Assembly (NCBI GenBank): GCA_965219685.1
Contig: CBDCOH010000002.1
Coordinates: forward strand, 2,400,001-2,464,000
Direction of reading: 5' to 3'
Length of the DNA: 64,000 bases
From: Candidatus Spongiisociaceae bacterium
GTDB taxonomy: Bacteria; Actinomycetota; Acidimicrobiia; Spongiisociales; Spongiisociaceae
In this document: one piece after another, positions 48,636-56,682 of the stretch
Layout: every line of letters begins with the position of its first letter
Numbering within the stretch: position 1 is the stretch's first letter
The notes under the pieces: generated by a model
The model's database searches: none
Told to the model about the DNA's origin: nothing
What the model saw: only the letters and a program-made list of their open reading frames with translations
Position numbers and translations under genes: made by a program

Positions 48636-49705
48636 TCCCTGGACCTGATCAGACGCCCGACGGCATGGTCCTCGTCGCCGCGTCCCATCTGGAGGGATTC
48701 GCCTCGCGGGTCTTCCGGTCGCTGGGCATGGACAGCGACCATGCCGCGTTGATGGCGGAGCAGATCACCTGGGCCCATGCGCGGGGGCACTCCTGGCTGG
48801 GCGCACCCAAGATCATCCAGTACGGATCCAGGATCCGTACTGGGGCCACCTCACCGGTGGGCGAACCCCGGGTGATCTCGGAGACGGGTGCGTTCACGCT
48901 GCTCGACGCAGGCAACACGTTCAGCCAGATCTCCGGGGTCCGGGCCATGGACCTCGCCATCCGCAAGGCCGGGGAGATGGGCGCCGCCGTCTCGGTGCTG
49001 CGCAACACCACGTCAGCCGGAGCGCTCGGTTACTTCGCCATGCGTGCTGCCGACCGGAGGATGATCGGCATGGCCAACAACAACGCTCCTGCCCTGATGC
49101 CTCCGTGGGGGGGCACCACCAAGCTCATCGGCAACCAGGCCTTCGCCATCGCCAGCCCGGCCGGGAGGCACCAACCGGTCCTGCTCGACATGGCCCTGTC
49201 GGAGATGACCCTGGTCCGGTACCACGAGTACGAGGAACGCGGGGAGCAGCTTCCGGCAGGAGTCGCCCTCGATGCGTCGGGCCTGCCCACGACCGATCCG
49301 GCCGAGGCCCTCAAGGGCATGATGGTTCCGATGGGAGACCACCGCGGCTACGGGCTGGCGGTCATGTGGGAAGTGATCACGGGGGTGCTCTCGGGTTCGT
49401 TGCGATTCCTCGACGAGGTGACGATGCCGGACGTGTTCGACCGCCCGCAGGCGGTGAGCATGTTCTTTCTCGCGCTCAACCCGGAGATGTCGATGCCGTT
49501 CGAAGAATTCGCCGGGCGGGTCGACGGGCTCGTCGACGCCATGCACGGTTCCCCGCCGGCGCCCGGCGTGGAGCGCGTCTACGTCCCGGGAGAGCGGAGC
49601 GCCGAACTCGCCGGGGAACGCATGCGCAGCGGCATACCCATGCCCAGGGCTCTCATCGGCCGGTTGGAGGGCTTCGGTAACGAGGTGGGAGTGCCATGGG
49701 CCTGA
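48632..49705 (+). CDS. Ldh_2 (malate/L-lactate, DpkA/AllD/ComC) family oxidoreductase (1)
   Basis: ARGHSWLG, GALGYFA, LIGNQAFAIA, LLDMA, GDHRGYGL, VYVPGE. Confidence 0.88.
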   Translation: MIPGPDQTPDGMVLVAASHLEGFASRVFRSLGMDSDHAALMAEQITWAHARGHSWLGAPKIIQYGSRIRTGATSPVGEPRVISETGAFTLLDAGNTFSQISGVRAMDLAIRKAGEMGAAVSVLRNTTSAGALGYFAMRAADRRMIGMANNNAPALMPPWGGTTKLIGNQAFAIASPAGRHQPVLLDMALSEMTLVRYHEYEERGEQLPAGVALDASGLPTTDPAEALKGMMVPMGDHRGYGLAVMWEVITGVLSGSLRFLDEVTMPDVFDRPQAVSMFFLALNPEMSMPFEEFAGRVDGLVDAMHGSPPAPGVERVYVPGERSAELAGERMRSGIPMPRALIGRLEGFGNEVGVPWA

Positions 49706-49781
49706 GACCGGCGCTGGTGGGCCCTTGGCACGGCACCCTTTGTCCACCATCCTTGCACGCCGGTGCCGGCCGGAGGCCGGT

Positions 49782-50837
49782 ATGAGCCCGCCGCCGGTCC
49801 GGATTCCGGCTGAACAGCTCCACGGCCTGGGCCTGGCACTCCTCGAGGCCATCGGTATGCCGCCCGCCGATGCCGCCATCGCGGCCGGGGCGATGGTATG
49901 GAACGAGTTGCGGGGGGCGGCCGGGCACGGCCTGGGGCGGATCCTCCAGATTCAGGAAAGGTCGGGAGCGGGCGGTCTGAATCTCGAAGTGGATTGGACG
50001 CCCATTCGCGAGTCACCTGCCACGGCGCTGATCGACGCGCAGAACGGATGGGGGGTGGTCGCGGGCACGAGGGCCATGCGGATCGCAATCGACAAGGCTC
50101 GGCTGAACGGGGTCGGGACCGTGGTGGTGCGCAACAGCGACGTCACATCCGCCATGGGCTACTACCCCTACGTGGCGACGGAGGCCGAGATGGTCGGGCT
50201 CGCCGTCACCAACTCGGTGCCGCTGATGCCGCCCTGGGGTGGTAGCGAAGTCCTGCTGGGAAACCAGGCCTTCGCGATCGGGGTCCCGGCAAGGATCCAC
50301 CCGCCTCTGATCTTCGACTCGTCGACTAGCGCCTACAACATGGGAAAGATGCGCCAAGCGGCTGTCTCGGGCGAGAGGCTGCCTCCCGGCGTAGCCCTCG
50401 ACGAAACCGGAGAGGAGACGGACGATGCAGAAGCCGCGCTCGCCGCGTTGCGCCTCCTGCCGATGGGCGGTCACCGCGGGGGAGGTCTGGCGATCATGTG
50501 GGAGGTCTTCACCGGCATCCTCGCCGGTGGGAGGTCCACAACCGAGGTCGTGGGCATGCAGCACCTGGACAGGACCCAGGGTCTGAGCCTCTACGTGCAG
50601 GCTCTCGATCCGCGCAGCTTCCTGCCATACGAGGAGTTCCTGTCCAGAGTTGACCGGTTGATCGGCCAGATCCACTCCAACCCGCCCCGAGAGGGCTTCG
50701 GCCAGGTGCGGGTACCGGGCGAGCGCAAGGCCGGGTTCGAAGCCGAGTACCGGACGCGGGGCGTGCCGTTCCCCACCGAGAACCTCGAACGCCTCCGGGC
50801 ACTGTGCCTGGATCGCGGGGTGGTATGGCCGTGGTGA
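49782..50837 (+). CDS. Ldh_2 family oxidoreductase (2)
   Basis: ELRG..GHG, LLGNQAFAIG, GGHRGGGL, VRVPGE. Confidence 0.88.
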   Translation: MSPPPVRIPAEQLHGLGLALLEAIGMPPADAAIAAGAMVWNELRGAAGHGLGRILQIQERSGAGGLNLEVDWTPIRESPATALIDAQNGWGVVAGTRAMRIAIDKARLNGVGTVVVRNSDVTSAMGYYPYVATEAEMVGLAVTNSVPLMPPWGGSEVLLGNQAFAIGVPARIHPPLIFDSSTSAYNMGKMRQAAVSGERLPPGVALDETGEETDDAEAALAALRLLPMGGHRGGGLAIMWEVFTGILAGGRSTTEVVGMQHLDRTQGLSLYVQALDPRSFLPYEEFLSRVDRLIGQIHSNPPREGFGQVRVPGERKAGFEAEYRTRGVPFPTENLERLRALCLDRGVVWPW

Positions 50838-51925
50838 GGTCGCAGCCGGGCAACCGGCCACCGGACGACCAGACTCTTCCGACCGTCGACGCCGGCGACC
50901 TGCGGCGGTTCGCGGCCGCGGTCCTGCAGGCCCAGGGAGTGGCGCCTGCGGACGCGGCCCTCGCTGCCGATGCCATGGTCTGGGCCGACCTCAGGGGAAG
51001 GTACGCTCACGGAACGAGCAGCAAGCTTCCCCAATGTGTATCCCGGATCCGGGCCGGTGGGACATCCACATCTGGCGAGTTGCCCTTCGTCTCGGAGACT
51101 GCTGCGACCTTCGTGCTCGACGGGCGCCACTCTTGGGGTCAGATCGCAGCTTCGAAGGCGATGATGGCGGCCGTGGAGAAGGCTCGGTCCGTTGGCGTGT
51201 CCGTCGGCGTCGTGCGCGACTGCAGTTCCGCAGCCGCGATGGGTTACTACCCCCTGCTGGCAGTGGCCGAGGGCATGATCGGCCTCGCCGTCACCAACGG
51301 ACCTCCCCTCATCGCTCCTTCCGGGGGTTCCACCAGACTGTTGGGAAACCAGGCCCACGCGATAGGCTGCCCGGCCAACCGCCACCATCCGATCGTGTTC
51401 GACGCGGCGACCACCGCCATGTCCACCTCCGAGATGGATCTCGTCCACGAGCGCGGCGAGCTACTCCCGGAAGGAGTCCTGTACACCGCCGACGGAACAC
51501 CGACCAGAGATCCCTCGCTCTGGGTTGACGGCCTCCTGGCCCCGGCGGGAGGTCACCGTGGCTACGGGTTGTCGCTGATGTTCGAGATTCTCACGGGTGT
51601 GCTGGCGGGAGGCGCGAGGCTCGCTCCTGATGTAGGGCATCCGTTCGACAGCCGGGAACCCCAGGGCGTATCCCTGTTCGTGGTGGCGATCGACCCCGAG
51701 CACTCGATCGGATACGGAGAGTTGACGCGGCGGGTCGACTCGCTGATCGACCGGCTGCACGCCTCTGGGACCGCCCCCGGCATCGAGAGGATCTACGTAC
51801 CCGGTGAACGGAGCTTCATCCTGGCCGAGAGGCGGGAACGGGACGGAATTCCGATGCCGGTGGAGCGGCTGGAGGCCCTCCGCCGGATCGGTTCGGAGTC
51901 GGGCCTGACGCTTGCTAGTTGGTAG
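50825..51925 (+). CDS. Ldh_2 family oxidoreductase (3)
   Basis: ADLRGRYAHG, LLGNQAHAIG, GGHRGYGL, IYVPGE. Confidence 0.88.
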   Translation: MAVVRSQPGNRPPDDQTLPTVDAGDLRRFAAAVLQAQGVAPADAALAADAMVWADLRGRYAHGTSSKLPQCVSRIRAGGTSTSGELPFVSETAATFVLDGRHSWGQIAASKAMMAAVEKARSVGVSVGVVRDCSSAAAMGYYPLLAVAEGMIGLAVTNGPPLIAPSGGSTRLLGNQAHAIGCPANRHHPIVFDAATTAMSTSEMDLVHERGELLPEGVLYTADGTPTRDPSLWVDGLLAPAGGHRGYGLSLMFEILTGVLAGGARLAPDVGHPFDSREPQGVSLFVVAIDPEHSIGYGELTRRVDSLIDRLHASGTAPGIERIYVPGERSFILAERRERDGIPMPVERLEALRRIGSESGLTLASW

Positions 51926-51964
51926 TTTGTAGTAGTGCCCACTGACCACTGACCGCAACCCCTC

Positions 51965-52663
51965 CTAGCTGGTTGCGTCTTCCTCCTGGTTGACCGACCG
52001 GATCAGGTCTACAACGGCGCGCATGCCCAGGACAGCCACCACATTCGTGTCCACCGCGGGGTCGCGGTCATCCTCCGGTGAAAGGATTCCCACCGCCCCC
52101 TTGGTCTTGATCGGTTGGCGGCCAAGGACCACACCGGCCAGCGTCGGCACATCGCCCGCGGTGGCAGACAGCACGGGCCCTCCCACCATTCCGGGGTTGA
52201 ACGAACCATCGATGTAGAACGTCGGGTCGTCCTCTCCCGATACCGCGGCCACCGAACCCCCGAGAACGAAGGGAACGTTGCCAGCTCCGCCGAGACCCCG
52301 GATCCCCCGCAGGTACCCGAGCGAGAAGACCGGCTGGGAAGCCGCCGGCAACCAGTCCAGAGGGGGGATGTCGAGAGAGGGGATGAAGTTTGCGGATGTG
52401 ACCCCGCAGACAACGGCCCGGCCCGCTCCGACAACTCCGAGGCGGGCGACGTCGAGAATACGGTTCGCCTGTTCGAAGGTCACCAGTAGCCGCTGGGTAC
52501 TCTTCCCCACTACCTCGGCCGCGGTCAACAGGAACGGGGTTTCTCCCACTTCGACGACGAAGCCGCTGGCCTGCGCGCTCGGGCTTGTTGTCCTCACCAC
52601 CCGAGCGAGGAACTCCCCCGGAACGGTAGGACCGAAGCGGTCCTGCGCTCGACCGGGTGTCAA
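51965..52663 (-). CDS. Trypsin-like fold protein lacking canonical catalytic residues
   Basis: ASGFVV, LLTAAEV, IDGSFNPGMVGGPV. Confidence 0.65.
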   Translation of the reverse strand: MTPGRAQDRFGPTVPGEFLARVVRTTSPSAQASGFVVEVGETPFLLTAAEVVGKSTQRLLVTFEQANRILDVARLGVVGAGRAVVCGVTSANFIPSLDIPPLDWLPAASQPVFSLGYLRGIRGLGGAGNVPFVLGGSVAAVSGEDDPTFYIDGSFNPGMVGGPVLSATAGDVPTLAGVVLGRQPIKTKGAVGILSPEDDRDPAVDTNVVAVLGMRAVVDLIRSVNQEEDATS

Positions 52664-52699
52664 CGTGGCCTCTTCGCGGTCAGGAGCCGGCGGGGAGGC

Positions 52700-53362
52700 T
52701 CAAACCTTGCGGGCGAACAGAACCCCGTCTCCGATCGGGAGCAGCGACACGTCGACCCGGGGATCCCGCGCGGCCCTCCCGTTGAGTGCACGCAAAGTGG
52801 CGGTGATGTCATCGGTGCGCTCCTGATTCGCTACATGGCCTCCCCAGAGAGCATTGTCAACGAGCAGCAGGCCCCCGCTCCTCAGGAGTTGCAGGCAGCG
52901 GTCGTAGTAACGGGGGTAATTCAGCTTGTCGGCGTCGATGAAGGCGAAGTCGAAGGTCCCGGTCTGGCCCTGCCCGATCATCCTGTCGAGGGTTTCCATC
53001 GCCGGACCTATCCGTAGATCGATCTTGGCGGCCACGCCCGCCCGTTCCCAGTAGCGGCGGGCGATGTCGGTGTACTCGACGCTGATGTCACAAGCCACCA
53101 GCAAGCCGTCCTCGGGGAGCGCCCGGGCCACGCACAGGCTGCTGTATCCGGTGAACACACCGACCTCGATGGCGCGGGATGCGCCGGCCAACCTCACGAG
53201 CATGCCCATGAACTGGCCCTGATCGGATGAGATCTGCATCCTTCCCTCCGACATGCGGGCCGTCTCCTCCCGCAGGTCGGAGAGCACCGGATCATCCCGG
53301 AGAGTGGTGGACAGGATGTACTCGTAGAGATCGGGGTCGATGAACGCGTTGTCTCTGCTCAT
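52700..53362 (-). CDS. SAM-dependent O-methyltransferase (CCoAOMT-like)
   Basis: EVGVFTGYS, FDFAFIDADK, DNALWGG, PIGDG. Confidence 0.93.
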   Translation of the reverse strand: MSRDNAFIDPDLYEYILSTTLRDDPVLSDLREETARMSEGRMQISSDQGQFMGMLVRLAGASRAIEVGVFTGYSSLCVARALPEDGLLVACDISVEYTDIARRYWERAGVAAKIDLRIGPAMETLDRMIGQGQTGTFDFAFIDADKLNYPRYYDRCLQLLRSGGLLLVDNALWGGHVANQERTDDITATLRALNGRAARDPRVDVSLLPIGDGVLFARKV

Positions 53363-53482
53363 GGCTGAATAACCACCTCCCCCACGGATGATCGCGCGGC
53401 GCGGATCGCTGTCGTTACCCGCTCTCCCCGCCCGCACCGCCGTTGCGTCCGGTCGTAGACGAGTATACGTCCCCGGTTGCTG

Positions 53483-54559
53483 TCAGGTCTCCGCGTCCAG
53501 ACTGGTGAACAGCCAGGCGAGGACAAGCCTGGGTCGTTGGTTCCGGCGTAGCTGGACGGCTGCGTCCAGAACGAGTTCCGCACACCGGACAGCCCGCCCG
53601 GGGGCGGTGCGGGTCAATTCGGTCGGTCTGAGGTCCGGATTGCGGAGCGGCCCACCGTACTGGGCCGAGGCAGAGTCGAGATACCACGACGCCAGCATCT
53701 CGAGACCCGTCACCACCAGAGCGTTCCCGGTTCGCTTGAGGGCTCGATCATGGCGGTCCACCAAGGCTTTCGGGACCGGATAGCCGCGCGCCTTGATCTC
53801 GTCGATCTCCTTCTGCCTCCGCTCCTTGACCGCATCAAGCAGGGGACGGTGCGCCGCCAGCATCTCATCAGCGAGGCGGAACCCGTCGCCGGGCCTGGAG
53901 GAGACCTTGGTAGGAACTCCCAGCCAGCGTCGCCGGAAGTCCCCTACCCCGCGATCGGCCACGAGATCGAGCGCCAGGCCCGGGCTGCCGGCGGCGATCC
54001 GGGCGGTCATCGCAGCGCGCTCGACTTCCACACCCATGGCTACCAGCGCGGTCGAGACTTCGGTCTCGGGAACGCGCCCGAACCGTATCACCCGGCACCT
54101 GCTCACCACCGTGGCGGGAAGATCGTCCTCGGACTCGGCCACGAGGACGAACACTGTACGCGCCGGGGGCTCCTCGAGGGTCTTGAGCAGGGCATTGGCC
54201 GCTGCCTCGGTCATCAGCGAGGCGTCGTCGAAGATAGTCACCTTGCGGTCGCTCTCGACCGGCCGAAGGCTGGCGCCGGAGATGGCCCGGCGAGCCTGGT
54301 CGACACCGAGCATCGCCCTGCCCTCCGGCCCGACGACGGATACGTCCGGGTGAACGTGACGCATCACCCTGGACCGGCCGCCTTCCGAGATGGCGACAAG
54401 CGCGGCCGCGAAGATCAGGGCCACCGTGGCTTTGCCCACGTTGGACGGGCCCACGAACAGGTAGCTGTGGGAGGGCTCTCGGACCTCTCGTTCCAGGGAC
54501 GCCAGGACGGACCCGTGGCCGATGATCCCATCCGCGGACATCCCGGTCATCCCGCTCAT
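53483..54559 (-). CDS. holB: DNA polymerase III delta' subunit
   Basis: HSYLFVGP..VGK, HPDV, AANALLKTLEEP, TVVSRC; ATGA overlap with tmk. Confidence 0.9.
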   Translation of the reverse strand: MSGMTGMSADGIIGHGSVLASLEREVREPSHSYLFVGPSNVGKATVALIFAAALVAISEGGRSRVMRHVHPDVSVVGPEGRAMLGVDQARRAISGASLRPVESDRKVTIFDDASLMTEAAANALLKTLEEPPARTVFVLVAESEDDLPATVVSRCRVIRFGRVPETEVSTALVAMGVEVERAAMTARIAAGSPGLALDLVADRGVGDFRRRWLGVPTKVSSRPGDGFRLADEMLAAHRPLLDAVKERRQKEIDEIKARGYPVPKALVDRHDRALKRTGNALVVTGLEMLASWYLDSASAQYGGPLRNPDLRPTELTRTAPGRAVRCAELVLDAAVQLRRNQRPRLVLAWLFTSLDAET

Positions 54560-55149
54560 CGCTGGACGGCCGCCCATGCTTGATCCACAACCAGTCCCAG
54601 CGGTTGTTCCGCGTCGATGACCACGAACCGGTCAGGTTCTTGGGAGGCCAGACGCTCGAAGGCCTCCGCCACCGATGCGAGAAGTGCGCTCCCCTCCGAT
54701 CCGATGCGATCCGCCTTCTCCTGGCGGGCCAACCCTGCCTCCGGCGCAACTACCAGAAGCATCACCAGGTCGGGCCACGTACCCGATAGACCAGGCTCGT
54801 TTATCTGACGGACCCGGCCAACCCCCAAGCCCCGTCCGGCGCCCTGATAGGCGAGCGAGGAGTAGACGGAGCGGTCGCTCAATACCCAGGCGGATCTTGC
54901 CAGCGCCGGACGCACCACCTCCTCGACCAACTGCGCCCGGTCCGCGGCGAACATGAGAGCTTCAGCCCAGGCGGACATGGGCGGCCCCTCCAGCAGGAGA
55001 GCACGGAGGGACCCGCCGACGGCCGTGCCTCCCGGTTCCCGCACGCACACCACCTCATGTCCGGCGGCCTCGAGCCGTTCCGCCAGTGCAACCAGCACAC
55101 TCGTCTTGCCGGCGCCGTCGATACCTTCCAAGGCTACGTAGCGACTCAT
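54556..55149 (-). CDS. tmk: Thymidylate kinase
   Basis: EGIDGAGKT, REPGGT, ADRAQ, DRSVYSSLAYQG. Confidence 0.96.
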   Translation of the reverse strand: MSRYVALEGIDGAGKTSVLVALAERLEAAGHEVVCVREPGGTAVGGSLRALLLEGPPMSAWAEALMFAADRAQLVEEVVRPALARSAWVLSDRSVYSSLAYQGAGRGLGVGRVRQINEPGLSGTWPDLVMLLVVAPEAGLARQEKADRIGSEGSALLASVAEAFERLASQEPDRFVVIDAEQPLGLVVDQAWAAVQR

Positions 55150-55172
55150 CCCTTTGACCGTACCGGCGGCCG

Positions 55173-56567
55173 TCAGCCGTCACTGTCGCGTTTCGCGACC
55201 CGGCGCTTCTCGTTGATCCAGCCCACCGCACGCGAAGCGTCCCTGATCGAGCGCCGGACCTGCGGCGGTATCTCGTGGTGGATCAGAGCCGAGCGGATAG
55301 CCACCACCGAGAGCAGGCCCGTTCCCAGGATCAGGACCCCGGCCAGGGCGAACAGGTTCCTTATACCGTTGTCAAGGGGCGGGGGGAACAGGCCGTCGAG
55401 CGTGGAGGCGGCCAGCACCGCCAGCGTGAAGGAAACCAGCATGGCCGTTCTCACCAGCGCGAAGAGCGCCGCGAAGGTGCGACCCCGCAACGTGTCGTCG
55501 ACGGCGCCGTGCAGATGCGTGAATCCCATCACGTAGGCGAAGCCGGTGCCGACGCCGGCTACCAGCACCCAACCAGCCGCTCCGGTCACCGTCCCCGCGA
55601 AGGCTGCAAGGCCGATCGACAGACCGGCCACACCGAGGCTCAGGGCGTAGGTCAGGTCGTAGCGGGTGCGCTCGGTGCTGAAGGCCGCCACTCCCAGCAT
55701 TCCGAGTCCCACCCCGACTCCCAGAGCGGTGACCAGGACACCGAAGCCCGTGTCGCCGCCGCCGAGCACGTCCCGGGCGAAGGACTGGCCAAGGGGCAGC
55801 AACGCGCTCCCGCCGAACAAGGCTACCGCCATCCCCAGGACCACTCTCCGGACCGGGCGGGTCCTCGTGACGAAGACGAAGCCCTCCACCAGATCACGGA
55901 AGGGCTGGCGCCAGTCTCCCTGAGCAACCGGGTCATGAGCGGCCCGGTCGGCGAGGGTGGGTTTGGGCACGGCGATGGTCGCCACGATCGCTCCGGAGAC
56001 CACGAAGGTGACCGCGTCCAGGGCGAAGGCCAGGTCGGGCCCGCGGTCGATGGGACCGAGGACACCGACAACGGAGAAGAGGGCTGCCAGTCCGGCCCAC
56101 GCAGCGGCTCCCAGAGGAGCGGTGCCGTATGCGGCCGCAGCCGAGAAGCTGTTGGCCCGCACCAGTTCGTCCCCTTTCACGAGGGTTGGAACCGCCGCCT
56201 CCCTTGCCGGCTGGCGGATCATGGTGAGGATCTCGAGGACCGAGGAGATCACCGCGATCTCCACGAGGTCGTCGGCGAACACGAGCCCGAGCACCACGAC
56301 CCCCCGACCCACGTCGGAGAGCACCATCACCCACTTGCGGTCGAGGCGGTCGGCGACCACCCCAGCCAGCGAACCGAGCAGCAACCCTGGGACGATCCTG
56401 CTCATCAGGGGGACCAGGGCCGCGCTGCTGCCGCCGATGTGGCTGGCGAGGGCCAGCGTTGCGAAGAAGGTTATCCAGTCACCCCAGGAAGACGCGGCAC
56501 TCGCCCACCACAGCCTCGAAAAGGGCCCTCTGCGTAAGAGTTCGATCTACAACCCCCGCCCGGTCAT
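55173..56567 (-). CDS. MFS transporter upstream of tmk, with an in-frame TAG at codon 7 (56547-56549)
   Basis: The frame extends upstream of the ORF-track start: MTGRGL*IELLRRGPFSRLWWASAASSWGDW...; ADRLDRK motif. Confidence 0.8.
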
Positions 56568-56682
56568 CCGGCGACACTCTCGGAGCCTCACGGGCCCGAA
56601 CCGCCCCGGAAGAGGATGTCGGGCCTGTCCGTCAGACCCGCTCATCTTGACAGGCTCGCCCCCCCTAGGGTAATCATGCATC

